Source: Octopus bimaculoides
Lineage: Eukaryota
DNA length: 64,000 bases
Assembly: GCF_001194135.2 (NCBI RefSeq)
Contig: NC_068981.1
Coordinates: 17,919,874 to 17,983,873, forward strand
Reading direction: 5' to 3'
Positions within the stretch are counted from its first letter, which is position 1, and every line of letters starts with the position of its first letter. Made by a program: the position numbers and the translations under genes. The notes beneath the pieces were generated by a model. That model was not told where the DNA came from. It did not search any database and saw nothing but the letters and a program-made list of their open reading frames with translations. This document shows positions 10,301-22,600 of this stretch, one piece after another.

Positions 10301-13300
10301 TGCTGGCAGTAATACAATTGCTACGGTGATGGTGCTGGTAGTTGAGTTGTCATGGTAAGAATGGTGGTGTGGTTAGGGTGATGATATTGTAATGCAGTTG
10401 TTATGGTTATATTGTAGTTGTGCATGGCTTAGTGGTTATGGTGTTGGACTCATGATCGTAACATTATGGTTTCAATTTCCGGGCTAGGCGACACATTGTG
10501 TTCTTGAGCAAAACACTTCATTTCATGCTGCTCCACTCCACTCAGCTGGCAAAAAACGAGTAAGCCTGTGACGGACCGGTGTCCAGTCCAGATGGAGTAT
10601 ATATATATGCCATAGAAACCGGCCCTTATGAGTCAGCATGACCCAGGAAGGTCAAGGCGGTGAGCTAGAAGAAACACTAGCAGGCCGGGCAAAATGCTTA
10701 GCGGTATTTTGTCTGTCTTTACATTTTGAGTTCAAATTCCGTCGAGGTTGACTTTGCCTTTCATCCTTCTGGGGTTGATAGATTAAGTACCAGTTGCGTA
10801 CTGGGGTCAATCTAATTGACTAGCCTAACCCCAAAATTTCGGGCCTTGTGCCTAGAGTAGAAAAGGTTATTATTGTAGTTGTTATGGTGACTGTGTTAGT
10901 TATGAATTTGTGATTGTAGTGTGGTTGTTGTAGTGATAGTGGTAGGGTAGTTGAGATGATTGTGTTGGTTGTGTAGTTGTTATAGTAATAAAGGTTCGTA
11001 GTATAGTTGTTTGGTGATTATGGTAGTGATTGTAAGGTCACTATAGTAATATTGTTATTGTCTTCAAATGTTGGGCCTCACGGACGCTATGACAAGTGCC
11101 TGAAACCTTTGGAGATATACCATGCTTGAGAAGACCCGTCAAGCCAAGTGAAACCATGGTTGTGGTTGATGCCGGTGTTACATAACAGGAACCCACGTTG
11201 GTGGCATGTAAAAAGCCACCCTTCAAACATTGGGCCTCACAGAGGTGATAAGCGACCAAGATCTTTGTGCTTGAGAAGACTTGTCAAACCAAGGGGAATC
11301 ATAGTTGTGGCCAATGTCAGTGTTACATAAATGGCACCCATGGTGGTGGCACATAAAAAAAGTGCCCATTACACTCTTGTAGAGGTTGGTATTAGGAAGG
11401 GCATTCAGCTGTAGAAACCATGCCAAATCAGCTTGGAATCTGGTATAGCTCTTCAGTTTACCAGTTTCAGTCAAACTGTCTAACCCATGCCAACATAGAA
11501 AGCAGACGCTAAGTGATGATGATGATGGTGGTGGTGGCGTTGGTTGCAGTGTATTTGCAGTGGCACAGAATTCCTTCAGAGACAGTTGTGGGAGTAGGAA
11601 AGGTGTAAAGTCATAAACTTCTCAGTGCAGTTAATTAACCAGTGCATAAAAACTTTAATTAACTGCAGCTTCTTAATTAGCTGAGTCAAAAGCTGAGAAG
11701 GGTTCTGTCTGAGATGATTTGTAAAAAAAAAAAAAAAGAGAAAAAAGGCACTGATGTCTTACTTTGTTGGAATGCAATACTGTTTTCAACTGATGTTCTT
11801 GGATTGGGGGTAGGTTATACTTGTAGTGTTCCTAAATAAAAAAAGAAAAAAGAAATAACAACAATAATTTGCAGTGAGGATTAGACAGTTCAGGATATGT
11901 AGCAGACCCCTGTTGGGAAATGAAATTGACACTTTGTGAGAACAAGGCCACTAAAGACTGTCTGTTTGGATGCAGATGATTTGGCATTGTTGACTGGACA
12001 TTTAGCCTATTTGGGTGAAAGTACTTTTGTTACTGTGTGCTGCATGAGCACAGAGAGAGAGAGAGAGAGAGAGAGATAAAAAGAGAGAGAGAGAGAGAGA
12101 CTGCAGCCATGCTGGGGCGGTGGTGGCACCACCACCATCGTCATTTAACGTCTGCTTTCCATGCTAGCATGGGTTGGACGATTTGACTGAGGATTGGCAA
12201 ACCAGATGGCTGCACTAGGCTTCAATCTGATCTGGCAATGCTTCTACAGCTGAATGGGTGCTTTTTATGTGCCAGGTGGCACGTAAAAAACACCACTTGA
12301 GCGTGGCCGTTGCCAGTACCGCCTGACTGGCCCTCGTGCCAGTGGCACATAAAAAGCACCCACTACACTCTCGGAGTGGTTGGCATTAGGAAGGGCATTC
12401 AGCTGTAGAAAGACCTCAGTCAAACCATCCAACCCATGCCAGCATGGAAAGCAGACGTTAAACGATGATGATGATTACTTCGTGGATATAAGCTGGCACC
12501 TCATCACCATTATTTTTATCTCTCTTACTCACACCACTCCATTCATGTTCATCCACCCATATATAATGTCAACTAGGTCTGAATCTTATCCGCAACAATA
12601 AACTTATTTTTGTCCCATGCATCATGCTTTAACCTTTAAACACTTTGCATAAAGCCATCTCCTTTCTATTCAAGGGGGATCTTTAAGTCTTGCAAAGTAG
12701 TTGGTATTAGAAAGACGATTCAGCCAAGATAGCAGCACAAAACGCAATTCTTAGGCTCATTGGTTTTCTGTCAAACTGACTGGCCCTCATGCCAGTGGCA
12801 TGTAAAAGCACCCACTACACTCTCAGAGTGGTTGGTGTTAGGAAGGGCATCCAGCTGTAGAAACTCTGCCAGATTAGGTTGGAGCCTGGTGCAGCCATCT
12901 GGCTTGCCAGTCCTCAGTCAAATCGTCCAACCCATGCTAGCATGGAAGGTGGACATTACAGGACAGAAAATAGTCCTGTGAAGAAATTACTATAATGAAT
13001 AATAAAAAACAAAAATACTTACATCTCGAAAGCCTTCAGGAAGAGGAACAGTGAAACCTGGGTATTCAATAATTAGATTTGGGTCAATCTCATCTGCAAA
13101 TAAAACAAAATGGTATGATGATAAAACTGAGAGGAGTATGAGTGTAATGTAACAAGATGGGATGAAAAATCTGGAACAGACCCAGGTAGAAACCTCCATA
13201 GAGACAAAGAACCCCTTCCAGAACAGGTTCCATACAAAAAGGTCAAGAACTTTACCTGTTCTGATACCTATGTACAGAACAGTCTAATTCTTCCTGGTCA

Positions 13301-16043
13301 TGAAACTGTCACTTTTTCCTTAAAATGTTTAACATCTATTTATCTGTGAGTTGGATGGAAGGTATGGTTTCATCGTCCGAGTACTGCTAGATCCTTTTAT
13401 CGACTGCTAAGTAGAGAGTTGAGCGTATATTTTGTTTAGTTGAGCATACTGCACAGTTAAATGCCATGCTCAGAAACACGATAAAAGTGGCTATTACTGG
13501 TTCACTCTGAATCTCTCCTCTAAATGTGATTAACCATGTAGCTCCTTTATAACAAGAACCTGCTCTACTTCACCTGTTTCTCTCACACCCGACCCTAATC
13601 TCCTAGCATAACCCTCCACCACCACCACTTTTGTAGTACTGGGAGTTGCAATGGTGGCCTCACTTGAGTTGGTAGGATGAAAATAGAACTTATCACACAC
13701 TGTTAAGTGGTTGGCATTAGGAAGGGGCATCCAGCTGCAGAAACTTTGCCAAAACAGATACAGGAACATGACCTATCAGATCCAGTCAAATGATGCCAGC
13801 ATGGAACATGGATATTAAATGATGGTGATGATGATGATAGTAAGATTAAGATATAAGATTTGAACTTATGACTATGAGACCAGTAGCCCAACACTTTGAC
13901 CTCACAACCATTGGGATTACATTTCTAAATTTCTAGATAAATTATTTCTGGATTAACAATTCTCTCATTGCTCAATTTAAGATAAGCATGCTGCAATCTA
14001 GTGATTGGCAGCTTTGGAAGGTCAATCTTAATGCAGGGAAAATATGGTACCTGAAGGTGACCAAAGATTATTCTTTTGTTGATCCCTATACTTCTTTTAC
14101 TTCCTGGTGCTAATTCCACCAGCCCCTTTTTGCTAAACAGTGAAGGATAAACACAGACACACAATGAGCTTCTTCCAGTTTCCACCTACCAAATTCTCTC
14201 ACAATGCAATGATCAACCCAGGGCTATACAAGAATAAAAGACACTCGTCCAAAGTGCCATACAGTGGAATGGAACCTGAAACCACATTGTAAACTGAACT
14301 TCTTAACTAAACACCCGCACCCTGGTGCCTATCAGAGCAACTAAAAGGTACAATTTTTAATGATCTTAGTTTCGTAAATATGTTAAATTTTTTTTAGAGA
14401 AACTCCTGCTACACATAGTTACTTTCCTGCACTTCCCCCAGGTTGGGTAACTGTGTATTTCCTTTGTGGTAGCACACCTCTTTCTGTCTTTATTCCTGAT
14501 CTTTCTCTCTATGGCCGGGTAACCTTGTACTTCCTCTACAGCAAGACACCTGTATCAGTCTCACTATAACCTTTCCATCATCCAACACAAGATTAGATCC
14601 TACGAAGCCTCCTCTCCTCTTAAAAGTTATTTTCTTTGTTTTGCAAGTACTTGGTGACCTTAAAAGCAGGCGCTACTTAAAAGCACCCAGTTCACATTGT
14701 AGAGTGGTTGGTGTTCTGAAGGGCATACAGCTGTAAAAACCTTGCCAAAACTGACCTCACCTGAGCCTGGGCCACGTAAAAAGCACTGCTCACCTCACTT
14801 GTATTTATACCATGTAAAAAGCACTAAGTCCACTCTGCTGAGTGGTTGGTGTTAGGAAGGCCAAAACAGTCACAGAAGTCTGGTACAGGCTTCTGCCTGG
14901 TTGGCTCTTGTGAAATCGTCCCACCCATGCTAGCATGAAAGGCGGACATTCAATGACGATGATGTTGGTTACTTACCATCTCCAGTTGTTGTCTGCTCAA
15001 CTTCACCATCTTCCAGAGTGTCACCAGAAACACCAACCTCTGAAATAAAACGCAAAGTCATCATCATGAAGCTGCTGAGATATAAGGGACAGCAATGTAA
15101 TAAATAGACTGTGATGAAACAGCTTCGACTGGGAAACATGCTTATGATTCAATGGGATTTCACTCACCAATGTTGTCAACTGCAATGTTTGGTTCATTTT
15201 ATTGGGTTGTCCGGAAAGTTCGTGCCGATTTATAGTAGCTTACCTTTCGACTTATTTGCCCTGAAACCACCTCAATTCTGGGAAGAGGGTATTTTCAAGT
15301 TAAAGGAAAGATGGAGACGCATTGTGCAACAAAATGGTTCATATTTGGTTGATTAAAAATGTAATGGCAAGTATTTATTGACCTTTTTCTTTCCTTTAAA
15401 AATTGGCACAAACTTTCCGGACAACCCAATAGTAATTTTTTAATATCTTTTATCTTTTACTTGTTTCACTCATTAAACTGTGGCCGTGCAGGGGCACTGC
15501 TTTGAAAAATTTTCAATGAAAGCAATCAATCCTAGTACTTGTTATTTTCTTTTTCTTAAGTCTGGTACTTATTCTATTGGTCTCTGTTGCTGAACTGCTA
15601 AGTAATGGGGACGTAAACACACCAACAACAGTTGTCAAGTGATTGTGTGGGGACAAACACAGACACACACACACATCTACTTTTTTATTTGTTTCAGTCA
15701 ATTGACTGCAGCCATGCTGGAGCACCACCTTTAGTTGAACAAATTGATCCCAGCACTCATTCTTTGTAAGCCTAATACTTATTTTATCGGTCTATGTTGC
15801 TGAACCACTAAGTTACGGGGACACACACACACACACACATAAACACACCAGCATTGGTTGTCAAGTGATGGTGGGGTGGGGACAAAAACAGACACACAAA
15901 TATATATACAATGGGCTTCTTTCAGTTTTCATCTACCAAATCCACTCACAAGGGATGACATTTTCCCGAAGTGCCACACAGTGGGACTGAACCCTGGACT
16001 TGTGGTTGGTAAGCAAGCTGCTCACCACACAGCCACTCCTGTG

Positions 16044-16082
<39 letters not shown>

Positions 16083-16575
16083 NNNNNNNNNNNNNNNNNN
16101 NNNNNNNNNNNNNNNNNNNNNNNNNNNNNNNNNNNNNNNNNNNNNNNNNNNNNNNNNNNNNNNNNNNNNNNNNNNNNNNNNNNNNNNNNNNNNNNNNNNN
16201 NNNNNNNNNNNNNNNNNNNNNNNNNNNNNNNNNNNNNNNNNNNNNNNNNNNNNNNNNNNNNNNNNNNNNNNNNNNNNNNNNNNNNNNNNNNNNNNNNNNN
16301 NNNNNNNNNNNNNNNNNNNNNNNNNNNNNNNNNNNNNNNNNNNNNNNNNNNNNNNNNNNNNNNNNNNNNNNNNNNNNNNNNNNNNNNNNNNNNNNNNNNN
16401 NNNNNNNNNNNNNNNNNNNNNNNNNNNNNNNNNNNNNNNNNNNNNNNNNNNNNNNNNNNNNNNNNNNNNNNNNNNNNNNNNNNNNNNNNNNNNNNNNNNN
16501 NNNNNNNNNNNNNGTGCCAGCCCAGTCAAACCGTCCACCCCATGCCAGCATGGACAACGGACGTTAAATGATGAT

Positions 16576-16656
<81 letters not shown>

Positions 16657-19600
16657 TAGATAGATATATACGTACATACACACAACGGGCTTCTTTCAGT
16701 TTCTGTCTACCAAATCCACACAAGACTTTGGCCAGTCTGAGTTTATAGAAGAAGACACTTGCCCAAGGTGCCACGCAGTGGGACTGAAACCCACTGTGTT
16801 TTCTAACACATGCATGCACATGTGTGTGAGAAAGTGCAATTACAAACACTAACATATCAACATCACCCTCATCTTATTTATTTAGGTAATGGTTTTCAAA
16901 TGGGTTAGACAAAATTTACTTAGATGTGACGGTAGTTTTTAGGCCTTGGAAATGGTATGGAATAGGTCAGACAAATGGCGCAAGATCTTATAACCTAAGA
17001 AAGAAAAGAATAACAAATGCTTACGTTTGCCATGTTTATCAAATAAAGACATTCCTGATGCAGTCTTTGTCTTGGCTTCCTGTAGCCAGCCAGGAGGGTA
17101 GCCATAGAACCTCATTTTGTATATATGAACGGGTACTGTGCTGGGGCCAAGTCTCATAGCTTCTCGCAAATTGTCACTGATAATTAATAGATAATTAATA
17201 GATAATTAATAGATAATTCAATAGACGATCTTGATAAAAGACTTTTCTCACAAAACAATTAATAATGTGGAGGATGCAATAAAAGTGTGATGGTGTTGGA
17301 GCTGTAAAACGAGTTGTAAAGTGAAAACAATTAAAGAGAAAGGAATAGAACCGTTCTTGGGATGCACGAACTGAAGAGGACTAGAAAATAGAACTTAGGT
17401 AAATTAAAAGAGTTGACAGGATCATATTAAGAAATACTAGAGGAGAGGAATAAAATACATAAAGAAAATATAATCAGTTTTGAGACAAAATATGGATGAA
17501 GCATTTGGAGATCAGAAAGTACATCTAAATAAAATGTGAATGAGACTAGAGAAAATTGGAAGTCATGTTGTACATAGAATATAGGAACTTCATATACAAC
17601 TGAGAGATTGTTTAAAAAACTAGAAAGGAAAACTTAACTTTAATGTCATTGAGTCTAGGGAGGGTCAATTTGCAGTAAAAATGCATGCACTGGTTCTATT
17701 TCACTTCTTTTTATTATAACTTGTCAGTTAGTTAACTAATTAACCAATTAACTAATCAATTACTTGATTAATTGATCGATCAATCAATCAATTGGTTTGC
17801 CAGAGTCCTTTCACTGCCATTCATGACATCATTAACAATGTGCGTTAGTTGTTGCAGGTCTGTCATCAACTGAACAATTAATTGATTAAATAAACAATCA
17901 AGTAATCGATTAATTAGTTGGCAAGTAATAATGAAAAGAAGTGAAGTTGAGCCCATGTGTGTATTTTTATTGGCAATACGACCCTCCTAAGATACGATAT
18001 CCATTTCAACACTATTTCCCATGAAGAAATTTGGAAAACAAATAAATAACCTTAATGATTAAGGTGAACAGTAGAATAGAATAGATGTGGCTGAGTGTAA
18101 GAATCCAAAACTTACCTTAAATAACCAGGTTTAAAGGAAGAAAACCGTGAATCAGTTTCAGCATGGTAGCGAGAAGTTCTGTAATTTTGTAAAAAAAAAT
18201 AAAAGCTTACTAATTTCACAAAGGAATGAAAACTAGTTAAAATACAATATAAAACATGGGTCATTGGGATGTTACTAACAGACTGCTAATTTGTAGCGGA
18301 ACTGAAATACTACTCATTTTAGATATTTCTCTTAAAATTATTTTAGATCATCATCATCATCGTTTAACGTCCGCTTTCCATGCTAGCATGGGTTGGGCAA
18401 TTTGACTGAGGACTGGTGAACCAGATGGCTGCAGCAGGCTCCAATCTGATTTGGCAGAGTTACTTCAGCTGGATGCCCTTCCTAATGCCAACCACTCCGA
18501 GAGTGTAGGGGGTGCTTTTACGTGCTACCGGCACGAGGGTCAGTCAGGCAGTANNNNNNNNNNNNNNNNNNNNNNNNNNNNNNNNNNNNNNNNNNNNNNN
18601 NNNNNNNNNNNNNNNNNNNNNNNNNNNNNNNNNNNNNNNNNNNNNNNNNNNNNNNNNNNNNNNNNNNNNNNNNNNNNNNNNNNNNNNNNNNNNNNNNNNN
18701 NNNNNNNNNNNNNNNNNNNNNNNNNNNNNNNNNNNNNNNNNNNNNNNNNNNNNNNNNNNNNNNNNNNNNNNNNNNNNNNNNNNNNNNNNNNNNNNNNNNN
18801 NNNNNNNNNNNNNNNNNNNNNNNNNNNNNNNNNNNNNNNNNNNNNNNNNNNNNNNNNNNNNNNNNNNNNNNNNNNNNNNNNNNNNNNNNNNNNNNNNNNN
18901 NNNNNNNNNNNNNNNNNNNNNNNNNNNNNNNNNNNNNNNNNNNNNNNNNNNNNNNNNNNNNNNNNNNNNNNNNNNNNNNNNNNNNNNNNNNNNNNNNNNN
19001 NNNNNNNNNNNNNNNNNNNNNNNNNNNNNNNNNNNNNNNNNNNNNNNNNNNNNNNNNNNNNNNNNNNNNNNNNNNNNNNNNNNNNNNNNNNNNNNNNNNN
19101 NNNNNNNNNNNNNNNNNNNNNNNNNNNNNNNNNNNNNNNNNNNNNNNNNNNNNNNNNNNNNNNNNNNNNNNNNNNNNNNNNNNNNNNNNNNNNNNNNNNN
19201 NNNNNNNNNNNNNNNNNNNNNNNNNNNNNNNNNNNNNNNNNNNAAGGTCTCGGTCACTAGTCATTGCCTCAGTGAGGCCTAATGTTCGGAGGTCGTGCTT
19301 TACCACCTCATCCCAGGTCTTCCTGGGTCTACCTCTTCCACAGGTTCCCTCAACCGTTAGGGTGTGGCACTTTTTCACACAGCTATCCTCATCCATTCTT
19401 GCCACATGACCATACCAGCACAGTCGTCTCTCTTGAGAAAGCACAAACAACAGACAACCTCAGGTAAACTGTCCTAAAACAGACACAAGAGCCCCAAACC
19501 CTTCTAACTACAACTGTAGTCACCCTCACAGCAACCAGTGCTTACAGCTTGACAACAAATATAAGGATACTTCAAATACTCACTTGGGGTTATTACTCTG

Positions 19601-22600
19601 GCTATTTTGCATAAAGTTCTGGCGATTCATCTGGATACGAGCAGCATCTCTCTTCTCTTTACAATCTCTGATCATATGGGCTCCGCCACAGTTGAAACAC
19701 TGTGGCTTCCTCCTGTAATAATGCAATAGACAGCATGAAGCCAAGATATAGAGATATCAAGCCAATATTACACAATGGGAAAATTTCAATGAAATAGTAA
19801 TTAAGAGAAAGTTAGCAAGAATTATTGTTCCTATTTATTCCAGCACAGGTCAATAGAAAATATCAAATATATATAAAAAATGTCTTCTTATTTCCATTGT
19901 CCATGTCAGTGCTCCACAACTGGTGTTCTGCAGTGTAACCTGAATATAATTTTTTTTCCTTATACTTATAGTTATATTTTTAATTCAGGTATGTTGCTGA
20001 ATTTTGAAAAGAATATAAGAGTACCGCAAGTGGAAAAAGGCTGCAGAGCACTTGGTCTATATTAGGGATCATTGCATTGTTATTGTTGTTTCCCTGACAA
20101 AAGGTCAATGTTACTACCTGAGATGGAGCGAGAATGGCTTCATTTTAAAACTTCTGTGGAGAAATGGCTATGAGTAGTTAGTTGAACTGAGGTAATGCAG
20201 AATAAAGTGTACTGACCAAATAAACAAAGAAATACCTGCAGTGGATTTGAATTTAAGATCACTGATCCTGTGGTCCAATACTGTATCGATTTGGTTATTG
20301 TCTTTTATAGGTGCAGGAGTGGCTGTGTGGTAAGTAGCTTGCTTACCAGCCACATGGTTCTGGGTTCATTCCCACTGTGTGGCACCTTGGGCAAGTGTCT
20401 TCTACTATAGCCTCAGGCCAACCAAAGCCTTGTGATTGGATTTGGTAGATGGAAACTAAAAGAAGCCCGTCGTATATATGTGTGTATATATATATATACC
20501 GGAGTAAGCACATAAAATGTGCAACAAGGTGGAAAAAAGAGTACTCAAATACCAGAGGTAGAGTAATATGCTTTATTTAAAAGCAGCAGAAATATAACAA
20601 AAGACTGTTACTCTGAGTTTCACGTTCCCGTTCATCGGACAGTTTTGTTAGAAAAACTGTCCGATGAATGGGAACGTGAAACTCAGAGTAACAGTCTCTT
20701 GTTATATTTCTGTTGCTTTTAAATAAAGTATATATATATATATATGTATGTATGTGTGTGTATATGTTTGTGTGTCTGTGTTTGTCTACCCAACATCGCT
20801 TGACAACCGATGGTGGTGTGTTTACGTCCCCGTAACTTAGCGGTTCGGCACAAGACACCGATAGAATAAGTACTAGGCTTCCAAAGAATAAGTCCTGGGG
20901 GGCGATTTGCTCGACTAAAGGAGGTGCTCCAGCATGGCTGCAGTCACATGACTGAAACAACTAAAAGAGCATGTGTGTGTGTGCGCATGCGTATTTCTGT
21001 TACCAAGTTAAATAGTATTACAAAGTTGAAGTAATGCTGTAGTGTCAACCAACCTTTCTGGTTTACTCTCTTTGGGTACGTCACCCTCTTCCAGGTCAAG
21101 GGGAAGAGCTTCGAAGAAGACTTGCTCATATCTTTTCATTAAGGAAAATAACATGGAACTAATGAACCAAATTTTGGAATCTCATATTCAAATTAACAGT
21201 CACAAGACAATACCATATCTAATGAAGCAACTCATTAAGAAATTTGTTCTGCTGTCACATCGTTGCTGGTCTGATCAGACTGCACAGCAGCACATTGGCC
21301 AAGTGTCTCTACCAGGCCTTGGAAATGAAACTGAGTAGACAAACTGTATGAAAGCCAACCAGATGGATAGTACATGTTCTTGGATGGTAGATGGGAGTCT
21401 GTCATCTGGGGTAACACTACAGCTTGGCCCAGGGTGATTTCAGTGTTGTCCATTCTGTTGCACATATTACTTGAACAGGTTTCCAGTTCTGAGGATAAAT
21501 CCCTTTCTTTCTCCCATCGGTCTTGCAGGCCCTGAAAAGGGTCATTATCCATGACCTTTTCAGGGTCGTTCCATTAATAAAAAAAAAAAAAACCCTCAAA
21601 ACTGAAACGTTGGGAATGGTGCTTTACCAAAATGTCAGACTCACCGCCACCATTGTTTTATCATCATCATTATAACCAGCAACACAAATGAAAGACTAAT
21701 AATTCTCACAGACAGATTTCAAAAGTAAAAAACAAGTAAAGGATACTTTGGTATTTCCCAGCTGTCAGTCATAGAGGGATCGAGATTCACTAAAGGCCAA
21801 CCTGATGTGTCAATCATAAAGTTATTGTAGAACTGACTGGTGCCAATGATCTGGTAATTGGAGTAAAATAGAATAGAATATGATGAAAATTTGGAATGTA
21901 TGGTGGAGGGTGAGACAGCAATGCAGTAACAAAAGTGAAATGGTTTATTGTAAAAACATTACATATTAATAGGACATGTCGCTTATGAGAAACAACTATT
22001 ATATGCATGTAGTTGGTGACATAAAACAAATGTCACATGTATGACAAGCTTATTTACAACTGTCATAATGTCTAGACAAGGGCACACACAAACACACATA
22101 TACATAAACATACAACGGACTTCTTTCAGTTTCCATGTAGCAAGTCCACCCACAAGGTCTTGTGCAGTGGGTTTGATCCTGTGGCCACATGACTGGGAAG
22201 CTTGTCAATTACACAGCCATACCTGTGCCTATGCAAGTATCCTGATCATTATTTACATTGGTTGGACATGTGTCCCCATCTTGTTTATTGTTACCACAAC
22301 GTTTTGGCTGATTTACTCTCTAGACTTCATCAGGTGCTCTGGGAGAATTTCGAATCCAACCCTGCATTCTCATTCCTTAGGTATTTTTTGCTGCTATTAT
22401 TATTATTATTATTGTTATTATTTATTTATTTATTCAAGGCAGTGCCTGGAACTGAACTCACAATCTTGGGGTTAGTAGCCCGCACTCTTAGCCATTACGC
22501 TATATGGCCATGGGCACATAGTGTAATCCTGATCAATTCCAGGCAGTGGAACGAAGGAAGGAATGAATAATAATAATAATAATAATAACAACAACATCAT

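Larger units (their letters stand above)
20499..20728. mobile_element. Small non-autonomous element (probably Penelope-like pseudo-LTR derivative): 62-bp stub + ~158-bp near-perfect inverted repeat, inserted in the (TA)n of a SINE
   Basis: Inverted arms 20571-20645 and 20652-20728 carry the hammerheads; flanked by TA microsatellite; the stub recurs at 38031-38092. Confidence 0.6.
20308..20966 (+). mobile_element. SINE family A interrupted by the hammerhead element
   Basis: Head at 20308, tail at ~20966; insertion in the central (TA)n. Confidence 0.85.

Noticed and set aside
17240-17680. Purine-rich stretches resembling coding sequence (also 4700-5300 and 30400-31400)
   Set aside because: Heavily decayed, probably ancient LINE remnants on the minus strand; cannot be classified or bounded reliably.
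21235-21599. Two overlapping minus-strand ORFs in ZCCHC8 intron 6
   Set aside because: No acceptor/donor pair giving the required phase 2 to 2; exons 6 and 7 already join in frame (IPK|YEQ).
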